DNA of 57,968 nucleotides from a virus (taxonomy: Duplodnaviria; Caudoviricetes). Numbering within the stretch: the stretch's first letter is position 1; each line of letters opens with the position of its first letter. Under the pieces are notes generated by a model that did no database searches, was not told the DNA's origin, and worked only from the letters and a program-made list of their open reading frames with translations. Of the stretch, positions 26,924 to 36,747 are shown piece by piece. The DNA is taken from IMG/VR virus record IMGVR_UViG_3300034176_000029, positions 1 to 57,968 of that record. The stretch is one strand, 5' to 3'. The translations under genes and the position numbers were made by a program.

Positions 26924-28483
26924 GTGCCGGACAGTTTGCGTCTGCCTGCCCGCCGCCCTGCTGCGATCACCGCCGCCGCCCAGCCGTACACACCCGACCT
27001 GTGGCAGTCCAGTTCGTTGTTTGGTTCGCGGCCGTGGCAGACCGAGGCGTGGGCCTTCCGCCGGACGATGGGCGAGTTCGGGCAGGCTGTCGACTGGCAG
27101 GCCCGCGCCATGTCCCGCATCCGACTGTTGGCCGCTGAGGTTGTGCCGGGTGGCGACGAACCCGAACCGTTGGATGAGGGTCCGGCCTCGCAGCTGGTTG
27201 AGGACTTTTGCGGCGGCGGACCCAGCCACTCCGCATTCCTCCGCGCGATCACACCTCATCTGCTGATTCCGGGTGAGGGTTGGCTGATCGCCGAACGGGA
27301 CGACCCCCGTCTGCCGTTGGCGGCGTGTGAGTGGGGCATCTTCTCCACCGAATGTGTGCAGGTCCGCGGTGGGGTGTTCTGGGTCCGGGTCGGCGAATCA
27401 CTCTGGCGGCCGCTGCTCCCGGACGCCCTGCCGATGCGGATCTATGAGCCGGACCCGCAATACCCGTGGCTGGCCACGTCGAACGCTGAGGCCGCCGTAC
27501 CCATCTTGCGGCGCATCTTCCTGATCGATTCGCGGATCATCGCCATGATGGTGTCCCGGCTGGCCATGAACGGACTGTTGCTCATCCCGCAGGAGGGCAT
27601 GTTCACGGTGCCGGCGCAGTACATGGAAGCGCCGGATCCGCTGGTGGCCATGTTCATCGACATCGCGGCGAAGAACGTCGCCAACCCCGGCAACGCATCA
27701 GCTGCGATTCCGATCCCGATCCGGTTCACCGCCGACCTGATCGACAAGTGGAAGCTGCTCAAACAGGACGACCCGCTCGACGAATGGCTTCTGAAAGAGC
27801 GGGAGGACGAACTCGGCCGCCTGGGTGACACGTTGGGCATCGCCCGGGAGCGGGTGTCGGGTGGGATGGGTGAGCAGAACCATTGGGGTGCTGCGATCGC
27901 GTCGGAGGAGGAAGTCCGGATCACGTTCGCCTCCCTGGCTGAAACCATCTGCGGGGGTGTTACTAAGGCGTATCTCCACCCCATGCTCCGCAACGCCGGC
28001 CTCAGCCTGGTTGGGCCTAATGGTGGCCGGTTGATTGTCTGGTATGACACGTCCGAACTGACCGCGAAGGTGGACAAGTCGGATGCGGTGGTGAAGGCGT
28101 ATGACCGCCTGGAGGCCAACGGGGCTGCGTTGCGGCGTGAGCTTGGTTTGGACGAGTCGGATGCTCCGGTCGGGGCTGAGCTCGCGGAGATGCTGTGGAA
28201 GAAGTTGGCCGCCACAGAATCGTTGGCACCGACCGCGATCAGTAATCTGATCGGCGCGCAGACTCCGGGGGTGGGTGTGTCGGCTCCCCCAGCCGATGGA
28301 CCCGGTGACGGCGCGGCCCCCCAGCCGCTCGATACACCTGCCCCCGGCCCAAACAATCAACCCCCACGAGCACTTCAGCCTGCCACGAACGAGGTGCCGG
28401 CCAGGATTGCGGCTGCGATGAAAGTTCTCGCGACGGTGAATGGCAACGGTAACGGTCATGCGACTCGTCACCGGCCTAACTGA
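26924..28483 (+). CDS. Portal protein
   Basis: 519 aa; WQTEAW, GEGWL and NHW motifs; first gene of the head operon. Confidence 0.88.
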   Translation: MPDSLRLPARRPAAITAAAQPYTPDLWQSSSLFGSRPWQTEAWAFRRTMGEFGQAVDWQARAMSRIRLLAAEVVPGGDEPEPLDEGPASQLVEDFCGGGPSHSAFLRAITPHLLIPGEGWLIAERDDPRLPLAACEWGIFSTECVQVRGGVFWVRVGESLWRPLLPDALPMRIYEPDPQYPWLATSNAEAAVPILRRIFLIDSRIIAMMVSRLAMNGLLLIPQEGMFTVPAQYMEAPDPLVAMFIDIAAKNVANPGNASAAIPIPIRFTADLIDKWKLLKQDDPLDEWLLKEREDELGRLGDTLGIARERVSGGMGEQNHWGAAIASEEEVRITFASLAETICGGVTKAYLHPMLRNAGLSLVGPNGGRLIVWYDTSELTAKVDKSDAVVKAYDRLEANGAALRRELGLDESDAPVGAELAEMLWKKLAATESLAPTAISNLIGAQTPGVGVSAPPADGPGDGAAPQPLDTPAPGPNNQPPRALQPATNEVPARIAAAMKVLATVNGNGNGHATRHRPN

Positions 28484-31400
28484 CCAGCAGCTCACCGACT
28501 ACGAGCTGCACGCCGAACTCGCCACCGTCGAAGCGCTTCAAAAAGTCGCCGACACCATCGCCGACCGCATCGGCCAAATTCAAGTCGCCTCGGCCCGTGT
28601 CAGGTGGGATGGCTGCCCGTACGGGTTGCACCCGGCGCACGCCGGCCCCTGCACGTTGATTGCAGCCGACGACTTCCCCGACGATGGGTTACCGCCGGGT
28701 CAGCCGTACGTGTCCCCGGATGATTTGGCCGCTATTTCGCCTCTGTGGGCGGAGGCCGCTGCGCAGACGATTCTGCCGGTGGTGGCGGAGGTGTGGCAGG
28801 CCTCGTCCGGATCCGTCTACGCACAACTGGTTGACGCGACAAACATATCGGCGTTGCCGTCAGTCGGCTCACTGGCCGCTGAACAGTACTTAGCGCAGGC
28901 CGCCAACACCTTCGCTGAGGTCGGGGACGACCTGTGGGCCACCGCCCGGACCCAGCTGTTGGAAGGGTTTGAGCAGGGCGAATCCATCCCCCAACTAGCA
29001 GCACGGGTTCGCGGCTCGGCCGGGCTGACCGCGAAGACCGCCACGCTGGTCGCCAGGACGCAGGTGCTTGACGCTTCAAACGCCGGGTCGTATGCAACCG
29101 CGCAAGTGTCCGGACTGGACCTGAACAAAGGCTGGCTCGACACCCCTGACCTGCGGACCAGACCCAGCCACCGGATCGCCGGCGAAACGTACGGCTCCGA
29201 CGATGGCATGATCCCGTTCGGCGACCAATTCACCGTCGGCGGATTCCAGTGCGACCGTCCACACGACCCGGGTCTGCCGGCAGAGGAGCGGTACAACTGC
29301 CGATGCACCTTGGTGTATTCGATGCCCGAGCGGGCCGTCAAACAGGCCGTCAAAGATGCGGAACCGGAACCACCCCTCCCCGGCACCTCCGGTGTGGATG
29401 ACATCGCCGCGCAACAGTCTGCTGAGGTGGAACGGGTTTTCGGCGAGGTTGATGAGGCGTTTAAGGGGTTGGGGTTGCCACCGGTGCGTCCGCCGGGTGG
29501 GTTACCTAGAGGTATCCCGTCACCGCAAGGCATCCCTGGCGGAACGGCGGCAGTCCGGATTGTCCGGCCAGCCATCGCCGCGCCGCGCAGCGTGAAGGAT
29601 CTGCAGGTTGCGTTCCGGGCCGAAGTGCAGCGGGTCACCGGCAGAGACGTCCTCATCCAACTCCCCGACGATGTCTCCCTGGCGACGATGAAGCAGTACG
29701 CCGAAGGTGTCTTGACGGGCATGGAACGGTTCCCCGACACGAAGATCCGTCAGATCGCGTGGTGGTACCGCGAACACGGGCACTATGCGGAGGCTGGGGC
29801 GGATGAGATCCTGTTCAACCGCTGGTGGTCTACGACGGCCCGACGGCCGGCGTTGTTGAAGGCTGTCCGTGGTGATGTGGCCGGGTGGGAGACGCCCGGT
29901 CTGCGAGGTTGGATGCCGCGGGGTTCGGGGTCTCCGGATGCGATCGGTCTTCACGAGTTCGGCCACACCGTTCATCTTGGGTTGGGGGCGGACGCGGCGA
30001 AGGTGTCTTCGCGGGCGTTGACTGCGGTGCAACGCCGGGCTGCGCTCGACGGTGTAACCCCGGATGAGCTGATCTCGAGGGAGATGGGCGCTTACGCGTC
30101 GTCGGACGAGTTTGAGCTCGTGGCGGGTGCGTTCACTGACGCCGTCATCAACGGCCAGTTGGCTTCGCCGTTGTCCCGCGAGATTTACGCCCTGTTGGAG
30201 GACGCATACAGGGCGGGTGGGAAACGCGTTGGTATCACCTCGACTGTGGCGAGGGCGGTGCCGGCGCCTAAGCCTCTGGCGCGGATGACTGTTGCTGAAC
30301 TTCGCACGGAAGCTGGTGCGCGGGGTGTGGTTGTTCCGGCCGGGGCACGGAAAGCAGACATCGTACGGCTACTCGACGAAGGTGTACCGCGGCCGCAACC
30401 TCAGGCTGGTCTTTTGGCGAAGCTCGAAACGAGTCTGACCGCAGACGAACAGGCTCGGGTCACTCGCCTGGTAAATCGTGATCCGCAGATCTTTGCCACA
30501 GTTCAGGACCGGTTCGGGTCGATATCAACTTCGGGCAACCTCGATGCGGCGGATGCCGCATGGCTGCAGCGCATCTATCAGCGTGATCGGGCTTTCGTGG
30601 AGCGCGCAGTTCAAGATGCGAGCATCAAGCAAGAGATCGCTGACGCTGCGAAGAAGGCCGGCCAGACGCCGACTGAATACCGCGCGGCGGCAGCGGCCAA
30701 GCTAAAAGACCTACTAGACGACAAGCCGATTGCGGTTCGCGTTCGCGACGAGGCTGCGCTCCGCGACATCATCTCCGGCGGTCGATTCAAGACTCAACTA
30801 GAGGGCGCGAAGCGGGCGCCAGGGCTAGGGGCAGATCCCGCCAAGCGGCGACTCGGCGAACAGATCCAAGGCGTACCCACCGACCTGGCAGTCGGCGAGC
30901 GGCCGGTCTACGGCTACGTCGCCATCGGCGATATCGAGCCGGCGCTTTCGGCCGGGCGCAGAATCCCGGGCATACGCGAACTTGAGGGCCAAGAAGACGT
31001 CCTGAGCTCCTATGGCCGCGTGCAGGTTGTCCTGAAGCCAGAGGTGCGGGCCAGGACGACGGCGACGGTTGGCGACAGCCTGGACGAGATCGGCTTCCTG
31101 CGCCCCTCGCCGGTCGATGCCCCGACGGCCGAATCTCTCGGATTTCGCACGCTTGACGACGTTTCAAAGCCAGGTTGGACGCGACGCGGCTATGTCGAGG
31201 CGCAGATTCACGGCGGGGTGCGTGCCGATGACATCGCTGCGGTCGTCTTCGCTGAAGCGCCAAACGAGGCCACGATCGCAGCACTGACGCGGCAAGGAAT
31301 CCCGTGGCGGGTGCTGGGTAAGGGCGACTCGCCGCTGCGCCTGGTGGACTTCGGAGTTGCGCCGACGCCGACCGCTACCCGCACTGTCGCCCAACTTCGC

Positions 31401-34112
31401 GCGCTGGCCAAAGAGCGCGGCATTGTGGTGCCGCCCGGCATTCGCAAGCCGGATCTGGTGCGGCTACTCGACGAGGGTGCGCCGGCGCCGCCGCGGGTTG
31501 TGAGGGCGCGTCCCGGTTCGACTATCGGCGACGTCGAGCTCGGCCCGACCGTCGGGCAGGTGGCACTAGGCGATGCCCCGTTGGTCAGGCGCCCCATCGG
31601 TGACTTCGCCGAGCGAGCATATGACGGGCCGACCGGCGTCGTACTCGCTCGCGGTGAACCATTGCCCGCTGGATTCAAGAGCGAACTGCCGGCAATCCGT
31701 CGCGGCGAGTTTGAATTGAGGCCAGGTCTCACCGCGGACGAGAGCCGGGCGCTGGACCGCTACGCTCTGAGTCGCGTCGCGGATCCGCTGAACACCGGTC
31801 TGCGGGAAGGCAGGACGTCCGGCTTCGGCACGGCGAAGATCGTCGATCAGGTTGTCGATCTCGACGAGGAAATGCGGCTATTGGATTCGGCGATTGACGC
31901 CGGACAACTGGCCCGGGACACAGAGCTTTTCCGCGGTGCGCTTATGCGTCCTGCCGACATCGGTAGGCTCCAGGTCGGTGCTATCACTAGCGAGAGCGGC
32001 TACCTGTCCACCGCGACGGAGATGGGCAACGCCTTCCAGATCATCAATTGGCGAGCGCCCGGCGCCCCAGCCGGCCAGTCGCGTGTCGTGTTCAAGATCC
32101 TTACACCGAAGGGCACGCGCGCGGGTATCGGCCACATTGCCGAGCATGAAGTACTGCTAGCGCGTGGCCGCCGGATGCGTGTCGTTGATATTTTGCGACC
32201 AACACAGCGGGGCGACACAAGGGTAATCACGCTCGAGTTGCTGCCGGATGTTTCGACTACGACCGTCACCCGCACGGTCACCCAGTCCACCGCCCGGCAG
32301 AAGCTGATCGACAAGCGACGGCAGACGGCCGACTTCAACGCCGACACACTCGCAGCGCTGCTCGACGCGCAGGTTGACACTGATGTGTTGGTGCGCACGA
32401 TTCAGCAATCCGCCGCCCGCAACGCGATTCCGAAGCGCACTGTCGACTCGCTGGTCACGGCGGCCCGGTCCGGGGATCCGGCCAAGGTTGAGGCCGCGAT
32501 CGCGCGGATCTCCCGTACCGGCAAGGTTCAGCCGCTGGCCCGTACGACGGACATCGTCGCCTTCGACCCGAAGACGATGCAGGCGCTGGAACGGGTCCGG
32601 CCGGGGCAGAAGGTCCGCGTGATACGGCCCGGCCACACGGCTGATGTCAACGGCGAACAAGTGCAACTGTCCAAGTCCGTCGTCGAGGTGCTGTCGGCGC
32701 AGGAGATCCGCGACATTGAGGGCCGGGCGTTGCGCGCGGCGGCGCGCGAGACGAACCGGCTGATCGAAGCCCGTACCGGCACCGCCAAGCTGCTGGCTGA
32801 GGTTGACGAACTCATCTCCAAGGGCGCGTCGAAGGCGACGATCGCGCAACGCCTTGACGTGAAACTGGTCGCGCCGGAGCAGATTTTCGCCGGTGCCGAC
32901 CCGGCTGTCGTCAAGGCGTTGGCGGACGCGCTTGCGTCCGGTGACATGGCCAAGCTGCGCAGTGCGATCACGCGGGCGGGGACGAAGGCGAAGATCAAGC
33001 CGATCTCCCGCGCGGGGGCGAAGGCCAAGTTCGACCCGGATCTGATGGAGCCGTTCGCTGGTGACATTCCGGCCGGGGCGCAGGTGGTTGTGGTGACGCG
33101 TGGCTCGGCGTTGACGCTGCCGGACGGCACCGTTTTGCAGTTGACTAAGGCGCGGGTGCAGCCGGTGCCGGCCAAGGCGGCGGCTAAGTTCCCGCTTTCG
33201 ATCGTCAAGCCGGTTAGGACGAAGACGGCCCGGGCGGTCGAGATCGCGGACGCGAAGAAGAAACTCCCGTCCGCCCGCGCCCGGCTGCGGGACATGTCCG
33301 TAGACAACCCACGCCGGGCCGACCTTGAGCGGCAGATCGCGCACTACCAAGCGGTCATTGACCAGAAACCCGGGCCACACCAGTACAACTGGTCGTCGCC
33401 CAGTTGGGACGAACCGGCATCGGCGGTTGGCAGGTTCGTCACCGAGCCGACCACCGAGCAACTAGCGGCCCACGTGGATTCAATCGTCGGCCCGGCAACC
33501 AGCGGCTGGACAAGATCCGAAGTTGTCCACGAGCTGAACCGGCAAGCCGCGATCACACCACGGACCATGGCCAGCCTACGTACCGTCGGAAAGTCCACGA
33601 CATGGGGCGGAGACGACATCTACGCCGAGTACGACACGGCCTGGCGAGAAATTCGGTTCAGCCCGAAATGGTCTGACCGGGGGAAGTTGGACGAGTCGCT
33701 GCGACGTGGAATCGACACGCATTTCCACCCACCGACGGGCGGCTCCGTGTTTGACTCGGTGACCGCGCACGAGTACGGCCACCACGTCACCTATCGGATA
33801 CTTGAAGCATCCGCAGCGCAACAGCGAAGGGTGGTCGAGGCCGTAGACGAGGCGCTGCGGCTCGACGGATGGCTGGTCAAGCAGTACCGCCGGTCGCCCG
33901 ACCTCCAGGGCGTCATGAACGACTTCCTGGCCTCCTACCTTGCAACCGGACGAGTGGACCGAGTCAGTGGCTACGCCAAGAAAAACTATCAGGAGTTCTT
34001 CGCCGAGGTGTGGTCGGAGTTCACCACCGGCAACCCTCCACGGCCACACATCCGGCGTATCGGTGAGATGATGAGAGATGTGGCGGAGAGCGTAGATACG
34101 GTGCCGCTGTGA
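28458..34112 (+). CDS. Giant MuF-type minor head protein with polyvalent effector domains (two HExxH peptidase-like, DUF3626-like, R-S-E ADP-ribosyltransferase)
   Basis: MuF motifs K.W..D.RTR..H..NCRC; HEFGH at 29952; RPVYG/YVEAQIHG; LFRG..YLST..EHE; HEYGH..EFFAE at 33768-34007. Confidence 0.85.
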   Translation: MRLVTGLTDQQLTDYELHAELATVEALQKVADTIADRIGQIQVASARVRWDGCPYGLHPAHAGPCTLIAADDFPDDGLPPGQPYVSPDDLAAISPLWAEAAAQTILPVVAEVWQASSGSVYAQLVDATNISALPSVGSLAAEQYLAQAANTFAEVGDDLWATARTQLLEGFEQGESIPQLAARVRGSAGLTAKTATLVARTQVLDASNAGSYATAQVSGLDLNKGWLDTPDLRTRPSHRIAGETYGSDDGMIPFGDQFTVGGFQCDRPHDPGLPAEERYNCRCTLVYSMPERAVKQAVKDAEPEPPLPGTSGVDDIAAQQSAEVERVFGEVDEAFKGLGLPPVRPPGGLPRGIPSPQGIPGGTAAVRIVRPAIAAPRSVKDLQVAFRAEVQRVTGRDVLIQLPDDVSLATMKQYAEGVLTGMERFPDTKIRQIAWWYREHGHYAEAGADEILFNRWWSTTARRPALLKAVRGDVAGWETPGLRGWMPRGSGSPDAIGLHEFGHTVHLGLGADAAKVSSRALTAVQRRAALDGVTPDELISREMGAYASSDEFELVAGAFTDAVINGQLASPLSREIYALLEDAYRAGGKRVGITSTVARAVPAPKPLARMTVAELRTEAGARGVVVPAGARKADIVRLLDEGVPRPQPQAGLLAKLETSLTADEQARVTRLVNRDPQIFATVQDRFGSISTSGNLDAADAAWLQRIYQRDRAFVERAVQDASIKQEIADAAKKAGQTPTEYRAAAAAKLKDLLDDKPIAVRVRDEAALRDIISGGRFKTQLEGAKRAPGLGADPAKRRLGEQIQGVPTDLAVGERPVYGYVAIGDIEPALSAGRRIPGIRELEGQEDVLSSYGRVQVVLKPEVRARTTATVGDSLDEIGFLRPSPVDAPTAESLGFRTLDDVSKPGWTRRGYVEAQIHGGVRADDIAAVVFAEAPNEATIAALTRQGIPWRVLGKGDSPLRLVDFGVAPTPTATRTVAQLRALAKERGIVVPPGIRKPDLVRLLDEGAPAPPRVVRARPGSTIGDVELGPTVGQVALGDAPLVRRPIGDFAERAYDGPTGVVLARGEPLPAGFKSELPAIRRGEFELRPGLTADESRALDRYALSRVADPLNTGLREGRTSGFGTAKIVDQVVDLDEEMRLLDSAIDAGQLARDTELFRGALMRPADIGRLQVGAITSESGYLSTATEMGNAFQIINWRAPGAPAGQSRVVFKILTPKGTRAGIGHIAEHEVLLARGRRMRVVDILRPTQRGDTRVITLELLPDVSTTTVTRTVTQSTARQKLIDKRRQTADFNADTLAALLDAQVDTDVLVRTIQQSAARNAIPKRTVDSLVTAARSGDPAKVEAAIARISRTGKVQPLARTTDIVAFDPKTMQALERVRPGQKVRVIRPGHTADVNGEQVQLSKSVVEVLSAQEIRDIEGRALRAAARETNRLIEARTGTAKLLAEVDELISKGASKATIAQRLDVKLVAPEQIFAGADPAVVKALADALASGDMAKLRSAITRAGTKAKIKPISRAGAKAKFDPDLMEPFAGDIPAGAQVVVVTRGSALTLPDGTVLQLTKARVQPVPAKAAAKFPLSIVKPVRTKTARAVEIADAKKKLPSARARLRDMSVDNPRRADLERQIAHYQAVIDQKPGPHQYNWSSPSWDEPASAVGRFVTEPTTEQLAAHVDSIVGPATSGWTRSEVVHELNRQAAITPRTMASLRTVGKSTTWGGDDIYAEYDTAWREIRFSPKWSDRGKLDESLRRGIDTHFHPPTGGSVFDSVTAHEYGHHVTYRILEASAAQQRRVVEAVDEALRLDGWLVKQYRRSPDLQGVMNDFLASYLATGRVDRVSGYAKKNYQEFFAEVWSEFTTGNPPRPHIRRIGEMMRDVAESVDTVPL

Positions 34113-34363
34113 CCGGCCAACTGCCGGCACAGTGCTTCGCCTGCAGTCGACTGATGCCGACCCAGTCTCCGACGGGAACCGTGACCGCCGTCCGGTGTGC
34201 CGCATATCCGGACGACATCCCTGAGGATATTTCGCTGTTCTGCGCCGACCACCGTGTGCCGCGCGGTGACGAGCGCGACGGGCTCGTCTTCGAGCGCGCT
34301 TCCGGTCCTGTCGCCGACGACGCATGGACCTGGTGGACACGGTACGCAGGGAGTTCCCCGTGA
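34109..34363 (+). CDS. Small Cys-motif protein (CxAYPxxIP..DH), candidate MuF-toxin immunity/partner
   Basis: CxxC..CAAYPDDIP..DHR..DGLVFE; coupled to the MuF stop. Confidence 0.75.
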   Translation: MTGQLPAQCFACSRLMPTQSPTGTVTAVRCAAYPDDIPEDISLFCADHRVPRGDERDGLVFERASGPVADDAWTWWTRYAGSSP

Positions 34364-35247
34364 CTTCCCGGGTTCAGTCTCAGTGCACCCCGTCGTGTAC
34401 GAGGTTCCTGTCACCGTTCAACCCGGCCAACACGACTGGCGTGAAGGCGTGCGCCGCTTTTCCGGCGGGGATACCAGAACGGGTGTGGAACAACGAATTG
34501 GATCATCGGGAGCCGATCGACGGCGACCACGGCCTGCGCTGGGAAGCGAACGAAGGCTACGAGTTCCCCACCTATGCGTTCGCCCCGGACGCGTTGGGTG
34601 TGGGGACGGTGGTGGCGGCGGCGGGGGTTACTGGTGAGTTACACACCGGAGCCATGATCGCCCTGATCCCCGCCGACCCGGAAGCGCTCGCCGTCGAGGG
34701 TGGGGAACCGGCCGAAGAACTCCACTGCACGCTCCTGTTCCTGGGCGAAGCGGACAAGGTCGACGACGAACGCCGGACCCAGATCCTGGAGATCTGCCAA
34801 ACCGTCGCCGCCGGCTGGTACGAGTTCGAAGCCGAAGGTTTCTCCCTGGCCATGTTCAACCCCTTGGGTGATGAGCCGTGCATCGTGCTCGGGCTGTCCG
34901 GTGTCGAACTGGCCGACCTGCACGACGACATCGAAGCTGAAATTGAAGCCGACGAGGATCAGCACCAGCCTTGGGTTCCACATATCACCCTGGCGTATAC
35001 CGATGACGCGATGCTGATCGGTGACCTGTTGGACCGTTGCGGCCCGGTCGTGTTTGACAGGCTGCGGGTAGCGTTCGGCGACCAGGTCACAGACATCCCG
35101 TTGGGCGACGAGGAGCCGGATGAGCCCGACGAGGATGACGAACCTGTCGAAGAGCTCCCGGTGGTCGCGTCGCGGGTGCAGTGGGACGGGTGTCCGCGGT
35201 GCAGCAATCCAGTCCACGACGGTCCGTGCACCGCTATGGCGGTCTGA
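34360..35247 (+). CDS. CxAFPxGIP domain fused to a 2H phosphoesterase (Acb1-like)
   Basis: CAAFPAGIP..DHR..GLRWE N-domain; two HxT motifs (HCTL, HITL). Confidence 0.8.
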   Translation: MTSRVQSQCTPSCTRFLSPFNPANTTGVKACAAFPAGIPERVWNNELDHREPIDGDHGLRWEANEGYEFPTYAFAPDALGVGTVVAAAGVTGELHTGAMIALIPADPEALAVEGGEPAEELHCTLLFLGEADKVDDERRTQILEICQTVAAGWYEFEAEGFSLAMFNPLGDEPCIVLGLSGVELADLHDDIEAEIEADEDQHQPWVPHITLAYTDDAMLIGDLLDRCGPVVFDRLRVAFGDQVTDIPLGDEEPDEPDEDDEPVEELPVVASRVQWDGCPRCSNPVHDGPCTAMAV

Positions 35248-35286
35248 GAGGGTTACGATCACCGCAACACTCACGGGGGTGATGTG

Positions 35287-36675
35287 GTGCCGTGGCATGT
35301 AGAAGACGACAACCCTGACTGCCCAGGCTGGGCTGTGGTCAAGGATGATGACGCCTCGGTTGCGGGATGCCATGACACTGAGGCCGAGGCCGACGCCCAG
35401 GTCGAGGCCCTCTATGCCCAAGAGGTAATGGACGGCGGAGCACCTGAGGAGATGTCGGGTACGGCGTGGGCTGGTGTGTTGGCCGTTGAGGGTGAGTGGA
35501 CCGGCGACGGGCGCATGTTCGCCCCCGGCTCCCTCGAGTGGGCTGATCTGCCGCTGCCGTTGAAGTGGCAACCCGCCGAATCGGAAGGCCACACCGGCGC
35601 GGTCATTGTGGGGCGGATCGACACGATCGTCCGGGACGGGAAACTGATCCGCGGCGCCGGGATCATGGACGACGACGGGCAGATGGGTGCTGAAGCGGTC
35701 CGGTTGATGCGTAAGCGGATGCTCCGCGGCACGTCGATCATGGCCGACGATACGGAAGACGAAGACATCGAATTCGTCTACGCCGCCGACGACACGGAAC
35801 CGGTAGAGGCACCCGAGGAGCCGGCCGACGGTGAAGAGGTCGAGGTGGTTCCGTTGGGGCCGTCGAAGATGGTCGTCCACCACGGCCGCATCCGGTCCTC
35901 CACCCTCCTGGCCGAACCAGCGTTCGTCGAGGCCACGATCGAACTCGACGAACTGATGACGGCCGCCGCCTATACGGTAACCATTCCGGAGGTGTGGCCG
36001 GAGTGGTGGTTCCAGGAACCTGCAGAGCAGCCACCGTTCGGCGCGCTGCACATCACCCCCGAAGGCAGAGTTTTCGGCTATCTCGGCCCGGCGAAAGTCC
36101 CCCACCGCGCCTTCCGGGCCTCCGGCCGGTCCATCACGATCCCCCGCGGTGTGGACTACACCGAGTTTCAGAACAAACCGTGTCTGGTGGCTGGGGCGGA
36201 TGGGCATGTCTATCGGATCAACGCTGGGAATGTGACGTTCGACTGCGGCCACCCATCCCCGTACGACACCCGCCGCGAAGACCCCAGTTGGGCGATGCAG
36301 CACTACGACAACTCGTGCAGTGTGGCCGCCAGGATCAGGGTGGGTGAAAACGGCCACGGGACGTGGGTGGCTGGCGGGCTGTTGCACGGCATCACCCCGG
36401 ATGCGTTTGAACGGATGATGGCCTGCGCACTGTCCGGCGATTGGCAGGGCGGCAAGTTGAACGCCGCCTTGCTGGTGCCGGTGGAAGGATTCCCCGTCGC
36501 CGCCGCCAGTATCCGGGTCCGGGACGATGCTCTGGTGGCGTCGACGGTGCCGATCGTGTACGACGCGCCCGGTCCGGGGCCGGACACCCGGGCGACGTTG
36601 GAACGCATCGCCCGCAGCGTCGGCCGAGACGCCACCACCCGGTTCAAACTGCTACGGCAACGGGCCGGGAGGTGA
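35287..36675 (+). CDS. Capsid maturation protease (multi-domain)
   Basis: GDGR, LPLPL, GH..A..VG.I, S.MAD, PAF motifs; between portal/MuF and capsid. Confidence 0.8.
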   Translation: MPWHVEDDNPDCPGWAVVKDDDASVAGCHDTEAEADAQVEALYAQEVMDGGAPEEMSGTAWAGVLAVEGEWTGDGRMFAPGSLEWADLPLPLKWQPAESEGHTGAVIVGRIDTIVRDGKLIRGAGIMDDDGQMGAEAVRLMRKRMLRGTSIMADDTEDEDIEFVYAADDTEPVEAPEEPADGEEVEVVPLGPSKMVVHHGRIRSSTLLAEPAFVEATIELDELMTAAAYTVTIPEVWPEWWFQEPAEQPPFGALHITPEGRVFGYLGPAKVPHRAFRASGRSITIPRGVDYTEFQNKPCLVAGADGHVYRINAGNVTFDCGHPSPYDTRREDPSWAMQHYDNSCSVAARIRVGENGHGTWVAGGLLHGITPDAFERMMACALSGDWQGGKLNAALLVPVEGFPVAAASIRVRDDALVASTVPIVYDAPGPGPDTRATLERIARSVGRDATTRFKLLRQRAGR

Positions 36676-36681
36676 CTCCCA

Positions 36682-36747
36682 ATGTGCGCATGTGGCAAGA
36701 CGACACCCCCACCACCGCCTCCACCGCCCCCAGACACACCCCAATGA
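36682..36747 (+). CDS. 21-aa MCACG-polyproline micropeptide
   Basis: RBS GGGAGGTGA; MCACGKTTPPPPPPPPPDTPQ. Confidence 0.5.
   Translation: MCACGKTTPPPPPPPPPDTPQ

Noticed and set aside
34639-36387. Long antisense ORFs (582 aa here; also 25233-26747, 32157-33461, 37330-38601)
   Set aside because: Shadow ORFs of high-GC coding genes with no recognisable motifs
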